From Actinomycetales bacterium (GTDB lineage: Bacteria > Actinomycetota > Actinomycetes > Actinomycetales > Dermatophilaceae), in the NCBI GenBank assembly GCA_016711095.1, contig JADJTP010000003.1, positions 273,378 through 337,377 on the forward strand: a DNA stretch of 64,000 bases. Direction: 5' to 3'. How positions within the stretch are numbered: position 1 is the first letter of the stretch; the number at the start of each line of letters is the position of its first letter. Shown here in pieces: positions 39,421 to 47,541 of the stretch. The notes under the pieces were generated by a model. The model did no database searches. It saw only the letters and a list, made by a program, of their open reading frames with translations, and had not been told where the DNA came from. The translations under genes were made by a program, and so were the position numbers.

Positions 39421-40877
39421 CCGCGGACGCTCCCGGGCCGAAGGGTGCGGCATACCGGCTGGTCACCGTGGCCCTGGTGCTGCTCACGACGATGATCGCC
39501 TTTGAAAACATGGCGGTGACCACGGCCATGCCGCTGGCCGCCGCCGAACTCGGTGCCGTGGCGTCCTACGGCCTGGCCTTCTCGGCGATGATGACCGCGA
39601 TGCTGCTGGGCATCGTCCTGGCCGGGGCATGGGCCGATCGCTCGGGGACCTTGCCTGCGATGTTCAGCGGTCAGGCCCTCTTCGTCGTCGGCACCGCCGC
39701 CTGCGCGGCAGCGCCGACCTTCGGGCTGCTGCTCATCGGGCGTGCTGTCACCGGCCTGGGCGCCGGCCTGATCACCGTCGTCGAGTTCGTGGCGGTCGGG
39801 CGCGTCTATCCGCCGTCGCTGCGCCCGCGGGTATTCACCTGGTTGTCGGCGGCCTGGATTCTGCCGTCGCTCGTGGGGGCGCCGCTGGCCGGCTGGCTCG
39901 CGGCGAGTCTCAGCTGGCGGTGGGTCTTCTGGGCGGTCCTGCCGCCGGCGCTGGTGGCCGTCGCCCTGGTCGCCGTGCGGCGGAACTCCTTCGGGTCTGC
40001 TCGCCGCGCGGCCGGCACAACCGGTGTCGCCGGATCCGACGCCGAGCTGGCAGACCCAGAAGCCACCCCGATCGAGCGTGCCGAGCACCGGCGGCTGGCC
40101 CGCCTCGGCGGGGCGGTCGCGCTCTCGGCGGGAGTGGTCCAGCTGGCCATCCACGAGCGCCCGCCCGTGCTGTCCGCGCTCGCCGCGCTCGGCGTTGTCG
40201 GGCTCGGCGGGGTCATCATCAGCGCTCCCCGGCTATTGCCCGCTGGCACCTTCCGCGGCGTAAGGGGCCTGCCCTCGGTCATCGCCTCCCGCGGCCTGCT
40301 CAACGGGTCGTTCATCGGCGGCATCTCGTTTGTGCCGCTCATGCTCAACCGTGAGCGCGGTATCGACCTCACGTCCGCCGGCATCGTCCTGGCTCTCGCC
40401 TCCCTCGGGTGGAGCGCCGGCTCGTGGTGGCAGGGCCGTTCCCGGCTGCGGGGTCCGATCGAACGGGCCCGCCTCGTCGTCGTCGGCGCGGCCCTCGTCG
40501 CCCTCGGAATCGCCGGACTCGCGCCGCTCGCGGCCTGGCCCACAGCGCCGATCCCGCTCTTTGCCGTAACCCTCGCCGTCGCGGGCCTGGGCATGGGCGC
40601 CGGCTCGACGACGCTGTCGGTGCTGGTGCTTGACCTCTCGCCCCAGCAGGAGCATGGGCGGGCGTCGGCGGCCCTGCAACTGTCGGACGTGCTCGGCTCG
40701 GTCATCGCCGCGGCCGCAGCGACAGCCATCTTCGGCGCCGTGCATCGCGACGGTGCGGCCACGGCATACGTGCTCATCTGGGGTGCGCTGGCGGCCGTCG
40801 GCGCGCTCGGGGTGCTCACCGGAGCGCGCTGCGCGCCGGCCTCAGCGAGCGATAACGTCGCCACCGCGCGTGGTTAA
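39417..40877 (+). CDS. MFS transporter
   Basis: About 12-14 hydrophobic segments, with MFS-type loops (GAWADRSG, GRAVTGLGAG). GTG 39417 overlaps the GDPD stop as GTGA. The track start at 39408 is an in-frame alternative. Confidence 0.85.
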   Translation: MTADAPGPKGAAYRLVTVALVLLTTMIAFENMAVTTAMPLAAAELGAVASYGLAFSAMMTAMLLGIVLAGAWADRSGTLPAMFSGQALFVVGTAACAAAPTFGLLLIGRAVTGLGAGLITVVEFVAVGRVYPPSLRPRVFTWLSAAWILPSLVGAPLAGWLAASLSWRWVFWAVLPPALVAVALVAVRRNSFGSARRAAGTTGVAGSDAELADPEATPIERAEHRRLARLGGAVALSAGVVQLAIHERPPVLSALAALGVVGLGGVIISAPRLLPAGTFRGVRGLPSVIASRGLLNGSFIGGISFVPLMLNRERGIDLTSAGIVLALASLGWSAGSWWQGRSRLRGPIERARLVVVGAALVALGIAGLAPLAAWPTAPIPLFAVTLAVAGLGMGAGSTTLSVLVLDLSPQQEHGRASAALQLSDVLGSVIAAAAATAIFGAVHRDGAATAYVLIWGALAAVGALGVLTGARCAPASASDNVATARG

Positions 40878-41489
40878 GCGCACCCACCACCCGCTGCGCG
40901 ACACCCGCACCGACGCGTCGTTCGGCCGGACAAACCCCAGCACGTATGCCGCGAACGCCGCCCCCGCGGGCACTGGCGCAGAGCCCGTCGTCGGGATGGC
41001 ACGAGCCCAGACCGTGGTCCGGAGTGCCTGCACCGCAAGGGAACCCGCGGACGCGCCGACCGCAGCTGCCTCGCCGATCTCGGCTATCCCGGCCCGAGCC
41101 ACTTCGACAAGCTCCGCCGCTGCAAGCTCCCCGTCGCTGCTCCACCCAGACAAGGCCGGCAGCGCCCCGGACCAGGAGGCACGGACGTTCGCCGGCGGCA
41201 CGGCCAGCCGCGTGGCGCCGTCACCGTCCCGCGCGAAACGGTCGGCGAGCGCCGCCGACGTCACGACGACATCGAGTTCAGCGGGCTGAGCGAGGTGCAG
41301 ACCGCGCACGCCGAGGGCGCTGCCCTCGGCGAACAGTCCCGTACCCGGCAGGACTGCGACCCAGACGGCCAGGGTCGAGCCGAGGACTTGAAGCCGGACG
41401 GCACCGTCGGGGTCGGCCCCCCGGCCGCGCCTGACGAGGGTGGCCAGATCGGCATACCCGAGGGAGTCGGGGAAGACGAGCTCGCTCAT
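40842..41489 (-). CDS. hypothetical protein (215 aa)
   Basis: Intact ORF MSELVFPDSLGYADLATLVRRGRG...; I recognise no family. It has a 4-nt overlap with the upstream thioesterase gene. Its 3' end overlaps the convergent MFS gene by about 36 nt. Confidence 0.5.
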   Translation of the reverse strand: MSELVFPDSLGYADLATLVRRGRGADPDGAVRLQVLGSTLAVWVAVLPGTGLFAEGSALGVRGLHLAQPAELDVVVTSAALADRFARDGDGATRLAVPPANVRASWSGALPALSGWSSDGELAAAELVEVARAGIAEIGEAAAVGASAGSLAVQALRTTVWARAIPTTGSAPVPAGAAFAAYVLGFVRPNDASVRVSRSGWWVRLTTRGGDVIAR

Positions 41490-41962
41490 CGGCGACGCTT
41501 CAGCGGAGCGGGACCGCCGAGCCGGACGATCAGAGCGCTTCGTTCCTCGGCCGTCATCCGCCGCGGCGAGTTCGCGGCGAAGTCGAAGAGCGCGAGAGAG
41601 GTGGCCGCGACGGCATACGTCACGCCGGCACCGACACCGGCGGGGTCGCGTACGACGTAGGCCAGGTCATAACCCGCCCCACCCACCTTGGTCACCCACA
41701 GGTCCACGGCGACCGGCTCGGGCCGGTAGTCGAGCTGGGCGCGGTATTCGATCTCGTGGCGTGCCACGATGATCCCCCGCTCGAGCAGGGCCAACCCCTC
41801 GGGGAACCACCGCGGCAGAGCCGCGACCCGCGCATCCTCGAGCAGGCGCAGGAACTGGGTGTTGTTGACGTGGCCGTAGGCGTCCATGTCCGACCAGCGC
41901 AGCGGCACGAGCACCTGGGTCGGCGGGTGGCTCGCGGCGGCGACGGCGGACATGGGCGACAT
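41486..41962 (-). CDS. acyl-CoA thioesterase, hotdog fold (4HBT/YbgC-like)
   Basis: 158 aa. LVPLRWSDMDAYGHVNNTQFLRLLEDARV is the typical 4HBT N-terminus. Confidence 0.8.
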   Translation of the reverse strand: MSPMSAVAAASHPPTQVLVPLRWSDMDAYGHVNNTQFLRLLEDARVAALPRWFPEGLALLERGIIVARHEIEYRAQLDYRPEPVAVDLWVTKVGGAGYDLAYVVRDPAGVGAGVTYAVAATSLALFDFAANSPRRMTAEERSALIVRLGGPAPLKRRR

Positions 41963-42024
41963 CTTCTCAGGTGCCCTGGCCCGGGCGCCCGACCCGCGCC
42001 CGGGCTACCCTCGCGAATGTGAAG

Positions 42025-42990
42025 ATGCCCGAGGAGACCCCGGACGCTGTCAGCGACCTGCTTGATGTGCTCGACCTGCGATGCCTCGGCGAAGCCCGCA
42101 TCCGGGTCGAAGGAGCACCGGGCGACGAGGAGAGCGACCTCGGGGTGAGCAACCCGGTCGTGTTCGTCGGTCGCAGCCAGAAGCAGGCCCACGGCCGGGT
42201 GTTCGGCGGGCAGGTGCTCGCCCAGTCGATCGTGGCGGCCGCTCGCACGGTCGCCTCGGACACCGGCATCTCGCGCCCGATCCACTCGCTGCATGCCTAT
42301 TTCGTCCGCGGCGGAGACGACTCCCACCCGATCCGCTTCGTCGTCGAGCGGGCCCGGGACGGGCGGTCCTTTTCGACCAGGCGCGTGCAGGCCGTGCAAC
42401 GCGGCCTGACCATTCTGTCGATGGGGTGCTCCTTCCAGGAGCCGGCTGACGGGCTGGACCACCAGGACCCGATGCCGCCGGTGCCGGATCCCGATGACGT
42501 GCCGACCCTGGCCGACGCCCTCGGCGAGCACCTCGACCCGGCGGCGGCGCAGTTCTTCGCCGCCCGCCGGCCAATCGAGTTGCGTCACGTCGAGGGCAAC
42601 ATCTACGTCAAGCCCGGCCGCCACCGCGCCGACCGCCAATCCGTGTGGCTGCGAGCCCGCGGCGAGCTTCCCGACGACCCGATCATCCACGCAGCCGTGC
42701 TGGCGTACGCCTCGGACTATCCGCTGCTGGAACCGATCCTGCGCAAACACGGCATCGCCTGGCGCGACCCGCGGCTGCGGCCCGCGAGCCTTGACCACGC
42801 GATGTGGTTTCACCGGACCCCACGGGCCGACGACTGGGTGCTCTACCGGATGTCCAGCCCCTCGGCTTCGGGCGGCCGCGGCCTGGGCATCGGACGCATG
42901 TTCGCGGCCGACGGCACCCTCATGGTGTCGGTCGCGCAGGAGGGCATGCTTCGAATCAAGGACACGCCGAGCGCCAAGTCCACCTCATGA
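42025..42990 (+). CDS. tesB: acyl-CoA thioesterase II (double hotdog), copy 1
   Basis: Contains VFGGQVLAQSIVAAARTV, HSLHAYFVRGGD, RDGRSFSTRRVQAVQ and DHAMWFHR. The start is ATG 42025; GTG 42019 is possible. Confidence 0.85.
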   Translation: MPEETPDAVSDLLDVLDLRCLGEARIRVEGAPGDEESDLGVSNPVVFVGRSQKQAHGRVFGGQVLAQSIVAAARTVASDTGISRPIHSLHAYFVRGGDDSHPIRFVVERARDGRSFSTRRVQAVQRGLTILSMGCSFQEPADGLDHQDPMPPVPDPDDVPTLADALGEHLDPAAAQFFAARRPIELRHVEGNIYVKPGRHRADRQSVWLRARGELPDDPIIHAAVLAYASDYPLLEPILRKHGIAWRDPRLRPASLDHAMWFHRTPRADDWVLYRMSSPSASGGRGLGIGRMFAADGTLMVSVAQEGMLRIKDTPSAKSTS

Positions 42991-43919
42991 CCGACCTGCC
43001 CCCGTATGCCGTCGCCGACCTGCTGCCCGCGCTCGAGCTGCGCGAGACGGCCGTGGTCCGAGTGTCCTGGACGGTGGAACCCACTGACGCCGACGCCGAG
43101 ATCGGCCTGCCGGATCGGGCGGCCCGGGTCTTCACCGGCCCGAGCCAGAAGCAGCGTTATGAGCGGACCTTCGGCGGCCAGCTCCTGGCCCAGGCGATCA
43201 TCGCGGCCGGGCACACCGTGCCCGGAAAAGTGCTGCACTCGACGCACACGACCTTCCTGCTGTCCGGCGCTGACACCGACGACGTGCACTACATCGTCGA
43301 GCCGCTCACGGACGGGCGGTCGTTCTCGACGCGACGGGTCAGCGTGGTCCAGCACGGGCTACTGCTGGCGACCGTGCTCGCGTCCTTCCAGGAGCGCTCC
43401 GAAGGCCTGGATCACGCCGAGCCCGGGCCGGCGGCGCCCCCGCCCGAGCAGCTGCCAAACGTCGCCGAGGCGCTCGCCGGGGCGCCGGAGCCCTATGCCG
43501 TCGTCACCGTCCTGGACGGACCGATCGAGTTGCGCCACGTCGAGGGCCACCTCTACGCCGGCGCTCGACCCGAACAGGTCGCCCGGCAAGGTGTGTGGCT
43601 GCGGGCCCGTCGGGAATTGCCCGCAGACCCGCTCGTGCACGCGGCATACCTCGCGTACGCCTCGGACTACTCGATCCTCGAAACCGTCCTGCGCCGCCAC
43701 GGCACCGCCTGGTCGGACCCGCGGTTGCGCCAGGCGAGCCTCGATCACACCATGTGGTTCCACCGCCCCGGCCGCGCCGACCGGTGGGTCCTGCACGTCG
43801 GCCACTCCCCCTCGGCCTCAGGCGGGCGCGGGCTGGGTCTCGGGCGGATGTATGCCGCCGATGGCACCCTGCTCGCCTCGATCGCCCAAGAGGGAATGCT
43901 TCGGCTGAAGCAGCCATGA
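42987..43919 (+). CDS. tesB: acyl-CoA thioesterase II (double hotdog), copy 2
   Basis: ATG 42987 overlaps the copy-1 stop as ATGA. Contains TFGGQLLAQAIIAAGHTV, TDGRSFSTRRVSVVQ and DHTMWFHR. It is a paralogous tandem copy. Confidence 0.85.
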   Translation: MTDLPPYAVADLLPALELRETAVVRVSWTVEPTDADAEIGLPDRAARVFTGPSQKQRYERTFGGQLLAQAIIAAGHTVPGKVLHSTHTTFLLSGADTDDVHYIVEPLTDGRSFSTRRVSVVQHGLLLATVLASFQERSEGLDHAEPGPAAPPPEQLPNVAEALAGAPEPYAVVTVLDGPIELRHVEGHLYAGARPEQVARQGVWLRARRELPADPLVHAAYLAYASDYSILETVLRRHGTAWSDPRLRQASLDHTMWFHRPGRADRWVLHVGHSPSASGGRGLGLGRMYAADGTLLASIAQEGMLRLKQP

Positions 43920-43926
43920 GAGACCC

Positions 43927-43974
43927 GCCGTGACGGTGCCCAGTCGCGACCAGCCCAGCCGTGACGGAGCCCAC
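43927..43974. repeat. direct repeat upstream of fabG-like gene
   Basis: GCCGTGACGGTGCCCA (43927-43942) and GCCGTGACGGAGCCCA (43958-43973), 31 bp apart, lie 85-130 nt upstream of GTG 44058. Confidence 0.7.
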
Positions 43975-44057
43975 GGTGGCGCGCGTCGCATCGCCGGTGC
44001 GCGGCATACCGGGCGGTCGTAGGCTCGGACCATCTCGCACCGACCCTAGGAGCACCC

Positions 44058-44816
44058 GTGAGCACGACCCCACGCACTGCCATCGTCACCGGCTCCGCCC
44101 GCGGAATCGGGGCCGCCACCGCCAAGCGCCTGGCCGCCGACGGGCACGCCGTGGCCGTCCTTGACCTTGACGAAGCGGCTTGTGCGGAAACCGTTTCCGC
44201 GATCGAAGAGGCCGGTGGTAAGGCATTCGCCGTCGGAGTCGACGTCGCCGACTCCGCGTCGGTGACGGCCGGGGTCGCCCGAGTGGCGGCCGCGCTGGGC
44301 GGCCCGACGATCGTCGTCAACAACGCCGGGGTCACTCGCGACAACCTGCTGTTCAAGATGACCGAAGAGGACTGGGACCTGGTCATGGCCGTGCACCTGC
44401 GCGGCGCCTTCCTCGTCACCAAGGCTTGCCAGCCGTTCATGACCGAGGCCAAATTCGGCCGCATCGTCAACCTGTCCTCGACGTCGGCCCAGGGCAACCG
44501 CGGCCAGGCCAACTACGCCGCCGCGAAGGCCGGCATGCAGGGCTTCACCAAGACCCTCGCCATCGAGCTCGGCAAGTATGGGGTGACGTGCAACTCGATC
44601 GGCCCCGGGTTCATCCAGACCGAGATGACGAAGGCGACCGCTGACCGGCTCGGGGTCCCCTTCGAGGACTTCATCGCGTATGCCGCCAAGGAGATCCCAG
44701 TCGCTCGGGTCGGCCAGCCCGAGGACATCGCTGCGACGGTGTCGTTCCTCACCAGCGACGAAGCAGGATTCGTCAACGGCCAGGTCATCTACGTCGCCGG
44801 CGGCCCCAAGGACTGA
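44058..44816 (+). CDS. fabG: 3-oxoacyl-[ACP] reductase / SDR family oxidoreductase
   Basis: Contains TGSARGIGAATA (TGxxxGIG), NNAG, and the YAAAKAG catalytic Tyr/Lys, in a 252-aa ORF. The FabG-versus-generic-SDR assignment is not certain. Confidence 0.8.
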   Translation: MSTTPRTAIVTGSARGIGAATAKRLAADGHAVAVLDLDEAACAETVSAIEEAGGKAFAVGVDVADSASVTAGVARVAAALGGPTIVVNNAGVTRDNLLFKMTEEDWDLVMAVHLRGAFLVTKACQPFMTEAKFGRIVNLSSTSAQGNRGQANYAAAKAGMQGFTKTLAIELGKYGVTCNSIGPGFIQTEMTKATADRLGVPFEDFIAYAAKEIPVARVGQPEDIAATVSFLTSDEAGFVNGQVIYVAGGPKD

Positions 44817-44826
44817 CCGAGCCGAG

Positions 44827-44858
44827 CGCGCCCTACGCCAATCGCGCCCTACGCCAAT
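44827..44858. repeat. perfect 16-bp tandem duplication spanning the ppk2 stop codon
   Basis: CGCGCCCTACGCCAAT occurs at 44827-44842 and again at 44843-44858. The second copy contains the ppk2 stop (CTA at 44849-44851 on the plus strand). Confidence 0.85.
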
Positions 44859-45910
44859 GCGGTCTCGGGCGCGCTCGTCTCGGTGGTGGGATCGGGAGCC
44901 GCGAGGACCTCAGCGGGTGCCGGGGTTTCGACGGCGACCGGAGCCTGCGCGGCCGCAGGCTCTTCGTGAGCCTTGTGACCGTGGTCGTGAGGCCCATCGC
45001 CGGACTTGCCGTCATGGGACTTCTTGTTCTTCTTTGGCTTGTCCGCCTTCGCCTTCGCTTTGGCCTTGGCCTTCTTGCCGTCGACGTGCTCGAGCGTGTG
45101 CGCGTGGTCGGGCACGTAACGGTTCGACTCGCGCGGGGGCCGGTGGTAGCCAATTGCCTCAGGGCGCGAGGGGATCTCGACCGGCTTGGGGTGAATGTCC
45201 TGATAGGGCACCGTCGAGAGCAGATGAGCGATGATGTTGATCCTCGAGGACTTCTTGTCATCGGATTCGACTGTGTACCAAGGCGAGTCGGACAGGTCAG
45301 TGAACTGCATCATCGTGTCTTTCGCCCGCGAGTAGTCCTCCCACCGGGAGATCGACTGCATGTCCATCGGGGAGAGCTTCCAGCGACGCATCGGGTCGTT
45401 GGCGCGTGACCGGAATCGGGCCTCTTGCTCCACGTCGCTCACCGAGAACCAGTACTTGCGCAGCAGCACGCCGTCGTCGATGAGCATCCGCTCGAAGCTG
45501 GGTGCCTGGCGCAGGAACCGGGCGTATTCGACGTCGGTGCAGAACCCCATGACCCGCTCGACGCCGGCCCGGTTGTACCAGGATCGGTCAAAGAGCACGA
45601 TCTCGCCGGCTGCGGGCAGGTGCTCGACGTAACGCTGGAAGTACCACTGGGTCTTCTGGCGCTCCGTGGGGGCCGGCAGGGCAGCGATCCGGGCGTGCCG
45701 GGGATTGAGGTATTCGGTCATCCGCTTGATCGACGAGCCCTTGCCCGCGGCGTCTCGACCTTCGAAGAGCACGACGAGTCGGGCTCCCGTCTCGATGATC
45801 CACTGCTGCATCGTCACCAGTTCGGCTTGGAGGCGTTTGAGCTCCTTCTCGTAGGTGTCGGTGTCAAGCTTGAGGATTCCTGTCGCGGTGTACTTCGCCA
45901 TGGGCGGCAT
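44849..45910 (-). CDS. ppk2: polyphosphate kinase 2 with Lys/Ala-rich then Pro/Ala-rich C-terminal tail
   Basis: ATG 45910 follows a GGAGG RBS (MPPMAKYTATG...). PPK2 core: FEGRDAAGKGSSIKRMTEYLNPR and VLFDRSWYNRAGVERVMGF. Tail: HVDGKKAKAKAKAKADKPKKNKKSHDGKSGDGPHDHGHKAHEEPAAAQAP.... Confidence 0.88.
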   Translation of the reverse strand: MPPMAKYTATGILKLDTDTYEKELKRLQAELVTMQQWIIETGARLVVLFEGRDAAGKGSSIKRMTEYLNPRHARIAALPAPTERQKTQWYFQRYVEHLPAAGEIVLFDRSWYNRAGVERVMGFCTDVEYARFLRQAPSFERMLIDDGVLLRKYWFSVSDVEQEARFRSRANDPMRRWKLSPMDMQSISRWEDYSRAKDTMMQFTDLSDSPWYTVESDDKKSSRINIIAHLLSTVPYQDIHPKPVEIPSRPEAIGYHRPPRESNRYVPDHAHTLEHVDGKKAKAKAKAKADKPKKNKKSHDGKSGDGPHDHGHKAHEEPAAAQAPVAVETPAPAEVLAAPDPTTETSAPETALA

Positions 45911-46120
45911 TGTTCCACCTCCGGGCCTCCCTGTCGCCAACGGTCTCGCATGCCGTTCATCTCGCGTTCACCCGTGCTTAGCTCGGTGGGCACCGAGGAA
46001 GCCGCGCGGCCGAGACTCCGGCGCTCGGCCGCGTGTGCCCTCACGGGTCGGCGAGGAACAAGCGACGGGGCCGCGGCGTTCGACCGAGGACAGCCTCGCG
46101 ACCACATACCGGAGAGCCCG

Positions 46121-46381
46121 ATGTCCGATTTCACGCCCACGGCAGGCACCGTCACCATGTTCACGACGACGTGGTGCGGCTACTGCCGTCGGCTCAAGAG
46201 CCAGTTGGAACGCGAGGGCATCGCGTTTGCCGAGGTCGACATCGAAGGCCTTCCGGAGGCCGCCGACTTCGTCATGAGCGTCAACGGCGGCAGCCAGACC
46301 GTGCCGACTCTTATCTTCCCGGATGGCTCGTCGGCGGCGAATCCCTCGATCGGGCAGGTCAAGGCACGCCTGGCGAGCTGA
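46121..46381 (+). CDS. mycoredoxin (glutaredoxin-like, CGYC)
   Basis: 86 aa, with a GGAGAG RBS. TMFTTTWCGYCRRLKSQLEREGIAFAEVDIE and TVPTLIFPDGS are present. It corresponds by synteny to Mtb Rv3198A. Confidence 0.88.
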   Translation: MSDFTPTAGTVTMFTTTWCGYCRRLKSQLEREGIAFAEVDIEGLPEAADFVMSVNGGSQTVPTLIFPDGSSAANPSIGQVKARLAS

Positions 46382-46391
46382 TCAATCGCGG

Positions 46392-47435
46392 TCACGTCGG
46401 GGCCGGACGCCAGCCTTCCAGGACCGGTCGGCCTGCCACGGCGTCAACGTCGTCGCCGAGCCACCGCTCGATCAGGCGCCGGGCGATGGAGATCTCCCCG
46501 GGCACCCGGATCTCTCCGCCGCGCAGCAGCGCGGCATACTCCGCACGTGTCACCCACCGGACCTCGGCCATCTCGGTCGGCTCCGGGTGCAGGTCGGTTG
46601 TCACCGCCCGCGCCGTAAAGCCGAGCATGAGCGAGGCCGGAAACGGCCAGGGCTGACTGCCGAGATAGCGCACCGCGGTGACCTCGACTCCGGACTCCTC
46701 GGCGACCTCACGGACGACGGCCTGCTCCAGGGACTCCCCAGGCTCGACGAACCCGGCGAGCACCGAGAACTGGTTGTCCGGCCAGCCGATCGCTCGCCCG
46801 AGCAGCAAGCGCCCGGCGTCGTCGATCACCGACATGATGACCGATGGGTCGGTCCGCGGGAAGTGGTCGCTGCCGTCGGACACACACCGGCGCACCCACC
46901 CACCCTGCACCGGCTCGGTCTCTGCCCCGCACCGGGGGCAACGGGAATGAGTGTTGTGCCAGTGGGCCAGCGCCTGCAAAGTCGTGACGATCGACGCGTC
47001 GAGCGGGCGCAGCCGCGAGCCGACGGCGCGAAGGGTTCGCCACGACTCGCCCGCGGCGCCGTGAGGGGTGGCGCGGGTCGGCGCGCTTGGCGCGGTTGGC
47101 GCGGTGGGCTCGGGCGCCTCGATCACCCCCACGTATGCCGCGCCGCCCTGGTCGTTGCCGAGATAGACCGCCACTGCCTCGAGGTCGGCGGACTGCCCGG
47201 TGCGGTGGACGAGGGACAGCCCGCCGTGATCGCGCACGAGCACCCGATCACCCCGGATCGCCACCACTCTGGTGTTCGGATCGTCTAAGAGACGATGGAC
47301 GAGGTCGGGTTCGGTGCGTAGTTCGGCATGCCGGTCGAGCCCCTCGGCAGCGAGCAGCAGCCCGCGCAGCGGTGTCGTGTCGGGCTCCGGGCGGGCGACC
47401 CCGGTCGGCAGATGCTGATGCTCTGGCGCGGTCAC
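46392..47435 (-). CDS. nudC: NAD(+) diphosphatase (NADH pyrophosphatase, Nudix)
   Basis: Zinc ribbon CPRCGAETEPVQGGWVRRC, Nudix box LAGFVEPGESLEQAVVREVAEESGV and the SQPWPFP motif are present. Confidence 0.88.
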   Translation of the reverse strand: MTAPEHQHLPTGVARPEPDTTPLRGLLLAAEGLDRHAELRTEPDLVHRLLDDPNTRVVAIRGDRVLVRDHGGLSLVHRTGQSADLEAVAVYLGNDQGGAAYVGVIEAPEPTAPTAPSAPTRATPHGAAGESWRTLRAVGSRLRPLDASIVTTLQALAHWHNTHSRCPRCGAETEPVQGGWVRRCVSDGSDHFPRTDPSVIMSVIDDAGRLLLGRAIGWPDNQFSVLAGFVEPGESLEQAVVREVAEESGVEVTAVRYLGSQPWPFPASLMLGFTARAVTTDLHPEPTEMAEVRWVTRAEYAALLRGGEIRVPGEISIARRLIERWLGDDVDAVAGRPVLEGWRPAPT

Positions 47436-47541
47436 CTCGGCAGCCTAACCACTGGGCCCGGCCGGGCCACCGGCAGACGCGGTCCCCGTCGGCGTGCCAC
47501 ACCTCCCGAGCGAAACTGGACGCACGGCATACGGTGGGAGG

